The notes under the pieces: generated by a model
The model's input: the letters and a program-made list of their open reading frames with translations, nothing else
Databases searched by the model: none
What the model was told of the DNA's origin: nothing
Shown here: positions 7,889 to 16,140 of the stretch, in pieces
How the letters are laid out: every line of letters starts with the position of its first letter
Position numbering within the stretch: position 1 is the stretch's first letter
Translations under genes and position numbers: made by a program
Virus record (IMG/VR): IMGVR_UViG_3300013325_000001
Coordinates: 62,001-85,084 of that record
Reading direction: 5' to 3' (one strand)
DNA length: 23,084 bases
Origin: an uncultured virus (IMG/VR IMGVR_UViG_3300013325_000001)
Taxonomy: Duplodnaviria > Heunggongvirae > Uroviricota > Caudoviricetes

Positions 7889-8848
7889 ATGGCTGCACAG
7901 ACCCCAGCCAAGCCGGCAGCTGCCAAGAAGGCCGGCACCAAGCCCAAGGCGGGCACCGCCCCCAAGGGCGCCACCAAGCGCGCACGTAAGCCGGAGCCAG
8001 CCAAAGGCCCCGCTATTGGTGATCGCAATCCCGAGACAGTCGAGCTGTCACCCGAAGATCAATTGCTCGCTGAAATGGACCCGAGGCATGTCCAGTTCGT
8101 CGAGCACTACCTGATTGAGCTGAACCAGACCAAGGCATACCAGGCAGTGTTTGGGCGCGATATGAGCCCCAAGGTTGCGTGTGTATCGGCCCATCACCTG
8201 CTAAAAACTCCTAACGTGACCCGCCTAATGGCTATGCGGGTTAGGGCCATGTTTGAGCGAACCGAAGGGCTGCAAGACCGCATGCTCGCGCAGCAATTCG
8301 CGCTGGCCTTTGCTGACCCGAACGAACTGGTCGAGCACCGTCGCGAGAGTTGCAGGTACTGCTACGGCATCAATCACGAATACCAGCTCAAGCCCAGCGA
8401 GCAGGATCAACGCCGGATCGAGTGGCAGAAGGAAGTACGCGCCGCGCTGGCTGAGAAAGAGGAGCCGCCGGAGTGGGATGAATTGGGCGGCGTCGGCTTC
8501 GATCCGCGCAGAGAGCCCGTCGATACGTGCCCTGAGTGCTATGGCGAAGGCGTTCCGCGCATCGTGATGAAAGACACCCGCGATCTGTCACCTGCTGCGA
8601 AAGCCCTTTATGCCGGCGCCAAGTGGGGCAAGGACGGCATGGAAATGCTGATGCACAGCCAGGAGAAGGCCCGCGACGTGCTGCTCAAGATCCTCAAGCT
8701 GTACGACGACAAGGCAGAGGTGGTGCTGGGCGTCGTGCCGCAGGAGAAACTGGACTCGCTGTACGCCGAAGCACTGGCTAACGCCATGGCGGGGCGCGAA
8801 CGCACCCAGGGGCGCAAGATCGACGCAGCCCAGGAAGGCGTCAAATAG
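7889..8848 (+). CDS. terS: Terminase small subunit with a Zn-finger insertion
   Basis: FVEHYLIELNQTKAYQAVF...SAHHLLKTPNV TerS N-terminus; CRYCYG...CPECYGEG; DTRDLSPAAKALYAGAK. Confidence 0.85.
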   Translation: MAAQTPAKPAAAKKAGTKPKAGTAPKGATKRARKPEPAKGPAIGDRNPETVELSPEDQLLAEMDPRHVQFVEHYLIELNQTKAYQAVFGRDMSPKVACVSAHHLLKTPNVTRLMAMRVRAMFERTEGLQDRMLAQQFALAFADPNELVEHRRESCRYCYGINHEYQLKPSEQDQRRIEWQKEVRAALAEKEEPPEWDELGGVGFDPRREPVDTCPECYGEGVPRIVMKDTRDLSPAAKALYAGAKWGKDGMEMLMHSQEKARDVLLKILKLYDDKAEVVLGVVPQEKLDSLYAEALANAMAGRERTQGRKIDAAQEGVK

Positions 8849-8961
8849 CGCGCTGGTGAGCTTTTCTAGCCTCACCCGTGGCGACGGTATAGCTAGGGTG
8901 CGGTTCGAGCCGTGAGCCGCAGCGCACGAAGCCGGCAAGCAAAACGCTGATCACCACCAAC

Positions 8962-8987
8962 GAAGGCCCGCCATGCGCGGGTCTTTT
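8962..8987 (+). terminator. Intrinsic terminator after terS
   Basis: GAAGGCCCGC-catgc-GCGGGTCTTTT. Confidence 0.7.
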
Positions 8988-9002
8988 GCTATGCGTAAAA
9001 TA

Positions 9003-9044
9003 TAACAGATGCTACTTGACGCCTTGAGCGGATGAGGCGAACAT
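9003..9044 (+). promoter_or_regulatory. Operator plus possible promoter for the accessory operon
   Basis: TAACAGATGCTA (9003-9014) next to a TTGACG -35 (9016-9021); the -10 is weak. Confidence 0.5.
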
Positions 9045-9132
9045 TGTTCGTAGAAAGTGACCTATAGCCGGGCGCATCCGAACAAGAGTCGTTTGAGGCC
9101 GGTTCGCCAGGCATCACTCAAGAGGAAAGGAC

Positions 9133-9324
9133 ATGAGCAATTACTCTATATCACCGCAAGTTGCGGCGCAGGTTGTGCTAGGGACTCGCCCTGTAAATAG
9201 CGCCGAGCTAACTGCGCCAGACAGAAAGATGATCGCTCGCATGGAGTTATGCGGTGCTCGTGATGCAGAGGGTCTTGAGAGATACGCCCGCATGTACATG
9301 GATATGTTCCGTGCCAGTCCCTAG
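9133..9324 (+). CDS. Hypothetical protein
   Basis: AGAGGAAAGGA RBS; 63 aa. Confidence 0.55.
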   Translation: MSNYSISPQVAAQVVLGTRPVNSAELTAPDRKMIARMELCGARDAEGLERYARMYMDMFRASP

Positions 9325-9455
9325 GCGGATCGGCAGCTACCTCCGAACCCACCGCCCTGCCGCTCGCAGGGCCTCCCGAGAGCCGATTCGATGAGTCGGC
9401 TGCCGAGAGCTGGAATATCACGCCAGCGCCGCCTGGACTGCCAAGGAGCGACACC

Positions 9456-9827
9456 ATGTCCGCCATCTGCAACATTGCTGCGTCTAGCGCCTTTCGCTAC
9501 CCCGAGCGACCGACTGCCGAGCTGGTCTACCGCATCGACTTCGCCGACGAAGGCCAGGACTTCACCAGCTGGTTCGTGTGCAACGGCGTGGTGATCGACT
9601 GCCAGCCCTTTCAGGGGCGCGCATGGGTCGGCACGCTGATCCTCAGCCCGGTGACGCTGGGCAGCTGCCTGCGCATCGCCTCCCGCGAGACGTGCCGCGA
9701 GCTGGTGCTGAACCATGCGGTCACGGCTTTCGAGACGCTTGGGGAATCCGAGTCGCTGGAGGTCGTCGGTATCGGCCGAAAATGGGCCAACACGCTGGGC
9801 ATTCCAGCCTCAGACCTGGGCCTCTGA
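9456..9827 (+). CDS. Hypothetical protein
   Basis: AAGGAG RBS; host-like codon usage. Confidence 0.7.
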   Translation: MSAICNIAASSAFRYPERPTAELVYRIDFADEGQDFTSWFVCNGVVIDCQPFQGRAWVGTLILSPVTLGSCLRIASRETCRELVLNHAVTAFETLGESESLEVVGIGRKWANTLGIPASDLGL

Positions 9828-9858
9828 GCCCGCAATTCATTTGCACGGGAGAACAGCC

Positions 9859-10155
9859 ATGCAAGCACAACAGCAAGCTATTGCCATGCCGCACAACTTC
9901 GCCGGCCCCAAGCCGTCGCCCGTCGCCAGCCTGCGCCCCGTCGTCGTGTCGGGTCGCGTCAAGGAAGGCGTCACCTTCGTAACTAAGGAAATTGCACGCG
10001 GCCGGTTCCACGGCTGGGGCAAGGAGTTCGAGGAGTTCGGTGACGGCGCCTGCGAGGTGTCGGTCGCCATCGTCGAGCTGGAAAACGGCGACGTCGAAAC
10101 CTACTGCGCCAATCAGGTCCGCTTTTTGGATCGGGAGCCCGATGGCAAAGCCTAA
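9859..10155 (+). CDS. Hypothetical phage protein
   Basis: GGGAG RBS; GRFHGWG.EFEEF...SVAIVELENG pattern. Confidence 0.7.
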   Translation: MQAQQQAIAMPHNFAGPKPSPVASLRPVVVSGRVKEGVTFVTKEIARGRFHGWGKEFEEFGDGACEVSVAIVELENGDVETYCANQVRFLDREPDGKA

Positions 10156-10342
10156 GCGCCCAACCAAGGAACAGGTCATCGCTGCCCGCGCGCAGTCGGG
10201 CCTGTCCGCAGCCAAGGCGGCCGAAGTGATTTGCGTCACAGGTCGCCAGTGGCAAAAGTACGAAGCCGGCGTAGCCAGGATGCACCCGATCCTGTGGCGC
10301 TGGTTCTGTCTGCAATTCGGGTTGATCGAGGAGAAGGTCTGA
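10142..10342 (+). CDS. Small XRE/Cro-type HTH protein
   Basis: AARAQSGLSAAKAAEVICVTGRQWQKYEAG..RMHP..W; GGGAG RBS. Confidence 0.75.
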   Translation: MAKPKRPTKEQVIAARAQSGLSAAKAAEVICVTGRQWQKYEAGVARMHPILWRWFCLQFGLIEEKV

Positions 10343-10572
10343 TGGCCGAGCAACAGCTGACGCTGCTGGTTGAAGTTCATTTTCAAGGGGAGGGTCACGA
10401 GCGCGAGCCGATGGGCCTGAATCTGACCCTGAGCGACACAAACCCCAGCGATGAAGATATCGCAGGCGCCGTTTACGACGAGGTGCTGGAACACCTGCAG
10501 AAGCACCCGCGCCAAGTGCCGGAGCAAACCCGCTGCGACAAGACCGTCGATATGTTCGGGGGTGAGTCGTGA
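10342..10572 (+). CDS. Hypothetical protein
   Basis: TGATG coupling; GAGGAG upstream; C-terminal RCDKTVDMF. Confidence 0.6.
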   Translation: MAEQQLTLLVEVHFQGEGHEREPMGLNLTLSDTNPSDEDIAGAVYDEVLEHLQKHPRQVPEQTRCDKTVDMFGGES

Positions 10573-11180
10573 CCGTAACAGACATACGCAGTCGTCAGCT
10601 GGTGCAGGTTGCGGATGCCGATCTGCTGACGGTCATTGGCGCTGCGCTTAGCGCGAAGGTCGCGTATAGCGCGGACGGTCAGTGCGAGATCAGCCCTTGG
10701 GACAAGGAGAATCCGTCGCCGCTCGCCAGTATCTTCGATTCGATGTTTGCGGGCCGAAGGTTTGCCAATCTGCAGTCGCTCGCCTCGGTAGTGGTCGATA
10801 TGCAGCTGGAGCAGCTGGATATGGCGCAGAAGGATGCGGCCCGTTATCGGTGGTTGCGCAGCGCGGATCGCAGCAGTGATGCAGCGGTCGAGGACATGGG
10901 GCCGGCCGGCACGATTGGTCTGGTCTATGTCTCGTCGGGTAATGGCAGTGCGGCCGCAGTGGATGGTGATGCGCTGGATAGGGCGATTGATTCTGCTATC
11001 GAGGCAGACCTGCACATGACGCCCGATCTGCCCGAGGGCTTTCGCAGGATTGACGGCGAAGTGCATGCCGTGTGCTGCTGCTGCGAGCAGTGGAAGCCCC
11101 TGCCCGTTGGGCTGGATGAGATCGGCGACCCTGAGAACTACCAGCACCATTGCGGTGGATCGCCGAGGTGCTGCCCATGA
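10569..11180 (+). CDS. Hypothetical mosaic phage protein with a Cys-rich C-terminus
   Basis: GTGA overlap; KDAARYRWLR...LDRAIDSAI module; CCCC...CGGSPRCCP. Confidence 0.7.
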   Translation: MTVTDIRSRQLVQVADADLLTVIGAALSAKVAYSADGQCEISPWDKENPSPLASIFDSMFAGRRFANLQSLASVVVDMQLEQLDMAQKDAARYRWLRSADRSSDAAVEDMGPAGTIGLVYVSSGNGSAAAVDGDALDRAIDSAIEADLHMTPDLPEGFRRIDGEVHAVCCCCEQWKPLPVGLDEIGDPENYQHHCGGSPRCCP

Positions 11181-11563
11181 GCCATGCACAACGAATCCCC
11201 GCCGGCCTGTATGCCGAACTGGAAGCCCTGCGCCAGCTGCGCGACAGCGTGCAGGAGTACGCCAAGCGCTACATGCGCGACGAGATCGAAGACGAGGATA
11301 TGTGCTCGCCCGAGCAGCACGAGCTGGCCGCCGAGCTGGGTGAGCGCCTGAAAGCCGCTTATGCCGTCCAATGGAAGGGTGGCGCAGCCGTTGCGGCTCC
11401 GTTCGTGGTCGAGCTGCCGCCAGCGATAACCGCAGCCGATGCGCGCGAGGCTATTGGGTTTGAAGCTGACGATGACTGGGCGGTGGGCGCTGCGAACATG
11501 GTCAACGGGGCAATAGAAGCTTGCGGGTCATTCATAAAGGCCGCAGGCGGGACGGTGAAATGA
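11177..11563 (+). CDS. Hypothetical protein
   Basis: ATGA overlaps at both ends. Confidence 0.65.
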   Translation: MSHAQRIPAGLYAELEALRQLRDSVQEYAKRYMRDEIEDEDMCSPEQHELAAELGERLKAAYAVQWKGGAAVAAPFVVELPPAITAADAREAIGFEADDDWAVGAANMVNGAIEACGSFIKAAGGTVK

Positions 11564-11682
11564 TGGCTTGGCATGAGTGGCTTATGTTCATCCTTTTCTC
11601 AGTCTTCGTGTTGGTGATACCGGCGGTCATGGATTGGCGGGAACGCGACAGAGACGAAGGGCATGCGGGGGTGAATTGGTAA
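11560..11682 (+). CDS. Small membrane protein (40 aa)
   Basis: MMAWHEWLMFILFSVFVLVIPAVMDWRERD...; ATGA overlap upstream and TAATG downstream. Confidence 0.55.
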   Translation: MMAWHEWLMFILFSVFVLVIPAVMDWRERDRDEGHAGVNW

Positions 11683-11966
11683 TGGCCTATCTACGATCCA
11701 ACGGTCTGAATCACCCTCGCGAGGTGCGTATGTGTGCCCGTGTCCAGAAGGCTCGCCAACGCACGGGAGTGACACCGTACAAGGTCATGGTGGCCGGTGG
11801 CAGCCTGCGGCGTCTATCTGTCGTCAGGGCGGCTCCGCATTGGCTCTACGTGGCAATCGTCTGGCGGAACCTGGGCGGCTGTCGGCGAAGCGTCGCGGGC
11901 CATCTGCCGCCATTCATCCGAAGGCAAAGCCGCAAAAGGCGGCGAATCAAGCGAGGGAAAGCATGA
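11682..11966 (+). CDS. Basic hypothetical protein
   Basis: TAATG start; ATGA overlap with DHFR. Confidence 0.55.
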   Translation: MAYLRSNGLNHPREVRMCARVQKARQRTGVTPYKVMVAGGSLRRLSVVRAAPHWLYVAIVWRNLGGCRRSVAGHLPPFIRRQSRKRRRIKRGKA

Positions 11967-12433
11967 TCACCATCATCGCCGCCGTGGCGGATAACGGCGT
12001 CATTGGCCATCAGGGCGATCTACCCTGGCGCCTGCCCGAGGATCTGCGCCGTTTCCGTGCCGCCACCATGGGCAAGACCTGCATCATGGGTCGCAAGACC
12101 TGGGAGAGCCTGCCCGAGACCAAGCTGCCAGGCCGGCTATGCGTCGTGCTGAGCCGTGACCCTGAGCGCGTAACCGACGCGCTGGCATACGCCGCGCCAC
12201 CGTTCGAGTTCGAGCAGCTGGATAGCTATACGCAGTCGCTGGAGATCATGGTCATCGGTGGCGCGGAAATCTACGCCATGGCCTTGCCGCACGCCTCGCG
12301 CATGCTGCTGACCCGAGTGCATCAGTCGCCCGAGGGCGATGCGTTCTTTCCGGCCTTCGATGCGTCGTGGTCGCTGGTGTCGAGCGAGCCTGGCGACGGC
12401 TGCACCTTCGAGACCTGGGAGCGTGCCGCATGA
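11963..12433 (+). CDS. folA: Dihydrofolate reductase
   Basis: [26 protein letters not shown]...[11 protein letters not shown]...LPGR...VIGGAEIY...GDAFFP. Confidence 0.95.
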   Translation: MITIIAAVADNGVIGHQGDLPWRLPEDLRRFRAATMGKTCIMGRKTWESLPETKLPGRLCVVLSRDPERVTDALAYAAPPFEFEQLDSYTQSLEIMVIGGAEIYAMALPHASRMLLTRVHQSPEGDAFFPAFDASWSLVSSEPGDGCTFETWERAA

Positions 12434-12522
12434 TGCGCGCGCTCGTTTTCCTGCGGCTAGCGTGCGGTGGTGCCATTGTGGCGATCTGCCTGGCCAATCT
12501 ACTGTTCGATGCGGGGTGGTGA
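12430..12522 (+). CDS. Very small hydrophobic protein (30 aa)
   Basis: [34 protein letters not shown] overlap; fills the gap between neighbours. Confidence 0.4.
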   Translation: MMRALVFLRLACGGAIVAICLANLLFDAGW

Positions 12523-12524
12523 TA

Positions 12525-13451
12525 ATGGGTAGCTGGTTCAACTTGGCAATCGGTGCGGCGCTGATCGGATTGGTGGTGTTCAACCTGTGCTTGGCGAAAG
12601 CGTATCGGGCTCGCTGGAAAGCTGCGCAGGCCGAGGCGTACCGATACCGCGACACGATCCGGTTGGCTAGCCGAAAGCTGGAATCCTACCCTGAGTCGAT
12701 TGCAGTGCTGACCTGGGTGCGTGAGCAGTCCGAGGGCGGGCTATACCAGCCGCACACGATTGACGTTCTTCGCGAACAGGTGAAGGCGGGTCGTCAGGCC
12801 TATATCGAATGGGTGGCTAAGCACGCCTCGCCTCGCTATGACCCCGAACCGCCGGCTGTGACGATTCAGTGGCACGAGTCACCGGAATCGGTGCATCGCG
12901 CCATGTGGGAGCCGGTCGCTATTGGCGAAGGCATGACCTATGACGAGCTGATGGCCGACAGCGTTATGTGCGGCGAGGATGAGCACGGGCAAGAGTACGA
13001 GCTGGAGGGCGGCGCCGATATCAAGGGTATGCGCATGCAGGGCTGCTGGGCGTTCGTCGATACGAGCACCAACACCATCCATGCCTGGGCAGATCCGGCG
13101 ACCGAGGACGCCTTGGTGCTGCACATGCTGGCGCATGAGATCGGCCATATCACGGGAACACCGGCAGCGGATGACATGCAGGAGGAAATGCGTGCTGAGC
13201 AGTTCGGTCGCGCAGCTCGTCGAGCATTCGAGTTGCTGGACGGTCGCCCAGGTGTCGGCGTGACTCGCTGGTGCTTCAAGTGCAACACGCATAAGCCGCT
13301 CGATCAGTTCACGCCAGCGGCCCCCGATAGCCCGACTCGCGACGGCTATAACTACGGCTGCAACACCTGCACGGCAGGCCTGCCGAAACTACGTCGATGC
13401 CCCACAACGCGGCGCATGTACGACCCTGCTGATATGCCAGCTGGCGTCTAG
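12525..13451 (+). CDS. Membrane-anchored protein with a HExxH metallopeptidase-like motif and C-terminal Zn finger
   Basis: N-terminal hydrophobic helix; LAHEIGH with downstream EEMRAE; CFKC...CNTC. Confidence 0.65.
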   Translation: MGSWFNLAIGAALIGLVVFNLCLAKAYRARWKAAQAEAYRYRDTIRLASRKLESYPESIAVLTWVREQSEGGLYQPHTIDVLREQVKAGRQAYIEWVAKHASPRYDPEPPAVTIQWHESPESVHRAMWEPVAIGEGMTYDELMADSVMCGEDEHGQEYELEGGADIKGMRMQGCWAFVDTSTNTIHAWADPATEDALVLHMLAHEIGHITGTPAADDMQEEMRAEQFGRAARRAFELLDGRPGVGVTRWCFKCNTHKPLDQFTPAAPDSPTRDGYNYGCNTCTAGLPKLRRCPTTRRMYDPADMPAGV

Positions 13452-13483
13452 CGTCTGTTATTGGTATGTGCTAGCATTCGCTA
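13449..13483. promoter_or_regulatory. Operator pair
   Basis: TAGCGTCTGTTA (13449-13460) and TAGCATTCGCTA (13472-13483). Confidence 0.55.
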
Positions 13484-13494
13484 CGCATAAAGAC

Positions 13495-13527
13495 AAAGCG
13501 TCGTCCATCATGCAGGCGGCGTTTTTT
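13495..13527 (+). terminator. Intrinsic terminator
   Basis: AAAGCGTCGTC...GGCGGCGTTTTTT (stem includes G-U pairs). Confidence 0.55.
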
Positions 13528-13556
13528 CGTTTCTGGATCAAGCCAAAGGGGGCTCT

Positions 13557-13919
13557 ATGGAGTGTGAAAACAAGGGGCAGGTGTTCGAGCGTGATGCGCT
13601 CGATCCTCGACAGTGGACAGACCGGCAGGTGCTGGAATTTCTAGGCACAGCCCTTAGAAATGTTGACCTTGTTGGAGAGGTGCGCCTAAGCGAGATCCGC
13701 CAAGGTTTCGAGGTCGTAATGGGGCGAGCGGCCCCATCCCAGCAGGCCGAGCCGGATAATGAAATTCCTGAGTTCACGCCAGGCAACGGCAACAGGGCGC
13801 GGCGCCGCATGGAGTCGCTAGGCCTGACAGGTGCTGGTCTGCTCCATTCCCTGTCCGGCGGTCGCCATGGCGCGCCAGATACTGATATCGACGTAAGCGA
13901 GGGCGGCCACTGTGACTAA
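13557..13919 (+). CDS. Hypothetical mosaic phage protein
   Basis: AAGGGGG RBS; overlaps the next gene. Confidence 0.6.
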   Translation: MECENKGQVFERDALDPRQWTDRQVLEFLGTALRNVDLVGEVRLSEIRQGFEVVMGRAAPSQQAEPDNEIPEFTPGNGNRARRRMESLGLTGAGLLHSLSGGRHGAPDTDIDVSEGGHCD

Positions 13920-15093
13920 AGCAAACGACTTGCTGCGCGAGATCCGCCGGCACAACAGCAGCGGGCTGACGAAGGACATGCAGGGCCGCATTGACGCTGT
14001 TTTATCCCAGCAGGTCGAGCCAATAGAGCCAGTATCAGGGAGGCAGCCCATGAATAACGCCGTGACACTGCCACGCGAGCTGGCGGAAATGATCGAAAGG
14101 ACATGGCGGGCCAAGCTGGGGTCGGGGCAGGACAATGTTATTCACGGCCTTATCCGGCTTCGTCTGATTCTCGCTCAGCAGGCCGAGCCGGTAGAGCCAA
14201 CCCCAGCGAAGTACAGTGACCTTGTTTCTGATGGCGGCATGGACCCACGAAACGAGCCAGCCCTGGCGCAGGATGAGCGGGAGTTGTCAGCCGAGGAAAT
14301 CCTGATGATCTTCGAGCGAAACGGCTTTCACATCGAGTCAGGTGCCAGCTATTCAGCGAAGGGCCAGATTGCGCAGCTGCTGAACGCGGCCGGCGAACTG
14401 CTGCGCCTCAACGATAACCGCCCCGCGCAGACCGAGCAGCAGCCGGTGAAGTTGCAGCACATGGCTTGCGCGGAGGACGGCGTTCTTCGATGGTTGACCG
14501 GCCGGAAGATTGGCAACTGCGAACTGTACGCGATGCCGGATTTTGGCAAGGCGCCAACACTCTACACCGCCCCCATCGCGCAGACCGCCCTCCCGGTAGA
14601 TCGCTTAGTCGAGGGCCTAGACGAAATCTCTGCCCTGACACGCTATCTACGCCAAGGAGGCTGTGACGCCACCGACTTGCCAGGGCTGGAAGAAGGACTC
14701 ACCCACGCCACTGACATGGCCGATGAGCTGCTGTCCTTGATCGCAGGTTCTGTCTTCACGCAGACCGCCCCGCAGGATGATTGCGACTGGTGCGCCGGGG
14801 CTGGGCATGACTATTACGGAGAGAAGTGCCAGCACTGTCGGACCGCCCCGCAGCCGGAGCAGAGTGGGCGTTACACCTGCATCGGCAAAGGTGGTGAGTA
14901 TGAGCTGATCGGGCGGGCGACTACGGCTGGCGTACTCAAGGCGACAGGCCGTTTTGCGGATGAGGTGATCGTCTATCGCGACACCCAATCAAGCGCGCTC
15001 TACTGTCGAGAGCCGGGAGACTTCCGACTGCGAATGGCCAGCGCCGCCCTGTCCGCCACACCTAGCCCCAAGCAGGAGAGCAGCCATGACTGA
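13912..15093 (+). CDS. Mosaic (Ea-type) phage protein built from short modules
   Basis: 393-aa ORF with repeated QQ(A/V)EP and QTAPQ linkers; CDWC...CQHC; YTCIGKGGEYELIG module. Confidence 0.7.
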   Translation: MTKANDLLREIRRHNSSGLTKDMQGRIDAVLSQQVEPIEPVSGRQPMNNAVTLPRELAEMIERTWRAKLGSGQDNVIHGLIRLRLILAQQAEPVEPTPAKYSDLVSDGGMDPRNEPALAQDERELSAEEILMIFERNGFHIESGASYSAKGQIAQLLNAAGELLRLNDNRPAQTEQQPVKLQHMACAEDGVLRWLTGRKIGNCELYAMPDFGKAPTLYTAPIAQTALPVDRLVEGLDEISALTRYLRQGGCDATDLPGLEEGLTHATDMADELLSLIAGSVFTQTAPQDDCDWCAGAGHDYYGEKCQHCRTAPQPEQSGRYTCIGKGGEYELIGRATTAGVLKATGRFADEVIVYRDTQSSALYCREPGDFRLRMASAALSATPSPKQESSHD

Positions 15094-15373
15094 GCAGGCA
15101 GAAAACATCATCGGGATGCGAAAGAAGATGAAAGCGCAGGCTGAGCATGTGCGTCGCCTTGAGAAGCGTATTCGAGAATTGAAGCAGGCCGCAGCGCAGG
15201 GCGAGCTACCGGATGAGCTGTTCGACGGCCACGCTGTATACCAAGAAACGGTACGCCATCGCAGGAACAGCGGCCTGGGCGTGCGTACATCACCGGAAAA
15301 CGTATCGGACGCCCTAGATGCGGTTGTTCGCTTGATCAAGTCACGCCGCGCAGCCCACGGCGGTGACGCATGA
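15086..15373 (+). CDS. Hypothetical protein
   Basis: AGGAG RBS; overlaps both neighbours. Confidence 0.7.
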   Translation: MTEQAENIIGMRKKMKAQAEHVRRLEKRIRELKQAAAQGELPDELFDGHAVYQETVRHRRNSGLGVRTSPENVSDALDAVVRLIKSRRAAHGGDA

Positions 15374-15780
15374 GCGGCAAGGCACTCAGCGCGATCATTC
15401 GCCACGAGCGGGCAGCGCAGGAAGTTGCCGGCCTGACCCGTCGCATAGGCGTGAAGCTGGGGCATTGCCCGATAAGCCGCATGCCAGCGGATAACGAGTG
15501 GATGCTCGACGAAAAGGGCCGTCTCAAAACGCACCTTTGGCAAGCGTTCAACCATCGGGAGCCAAGCGATTGCGGTTACGGGGAAACGGGCCTGGGCGAA
15601 GACGGCATCGCCGACGCCTTGAGTGCGGGTAGCGAGTTTGCTTGCCGCCACTGCAAGCGCGCCTATCAGCTGATCCTGCGCCGGAAAACGGCAAGGCAGG
15701 AGCTGGGTAACGCAAAGCGCGCAATCCGCACCTTGGGGCGCTCTGCCCTGGCTGCCAAAGGAGGCGCGACCCATGCTTGA
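15370..15780 (+). CDS. Hypothetical protein
   Basis: ATGA overlap; CRHC motif. Confidence 0.7.
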   Translation: MSGKALSAIIRHERAAQEVAGLTRRIGVKLGHCPISRMPADNEWMLDEKGRLKTHLWQAFNHREPSDCGYGETGLGEDGIADALSAGSEFACRHCKRAYQLILRRKTARQELGNAKRAIRTLGRSALAAKGGATHA

Positions 15781-15949
15781 GCGCGCATCCCCCGCAGAGA
15801 TCCGCAAGGCGCTGGAAGTGGCTCGGGAGCTGGCGCAGGCCGGCATCCTGTTCGTACCGGTGCCGGTGCTCGATCAGCAGGACAAGGCGCAGATGGGCGC
15901 CCTTCTGCAGAACCAGATGGCCCGATTCGAGGAGGCTGCGAGCGAATGA
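15773..15949 (+). CDS. DUF1382-like protein (missed by the ORF track)
   Basis: MLERASPAEIRKALEVARELAQAGILFVPVPV...; AAGGAGG RBS; ATGA overlap downstream. Confidence 0.7.
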   Translation: MLERASPAEIRKALEVARELAQAGILFVPVPVLDQQDKAQMGALLQNQMARFEEAASE

Positions 15950-16140
15950 ATGCTCAGCTCGACGAAAAGGTACTGACGCACCTGCGCGGCGTTCAAGGCT
16001 CTACGGCCTGGGCAATGCGCGGGAGCATAGGCGAGAGTCGCGAAACGATCAGTAAGGCCCTGCAGCGTTTGAAAAGAAAGGGGCTCGTGGGCTGTGATGG
16101 TGCTTATTGGAGCGCTGAGGCGCAGGGAGAGGCGAAGTGA
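15946..16140 (+). CDS. Small winged-helix protein
   Basis: STAWAMRGSIGESRETISKALQRLKRKGLV; GAGGAGG RBS. Confidence 0.65.
   Translation: MNAQLDEKVLTHLRGVQGSTAWAMRGSIGESRETISKALQRLKRKGLVGCDGAYWSAEAQGEAK

Noticed and set aside
8896..8921. GGTTCGAGCC T-loop-like motif suggesting a tRNA
   Set aside because: The loop geometry is non-canonical and no acceptor, D or anticodon arms could be built.
15777..16055. 92-aa ORF in the supplied track
   Set aside because: Wrong frame; the real genes appear to be 15773-15949 (DUF1382-like, strong RBS) and 15946-16140.
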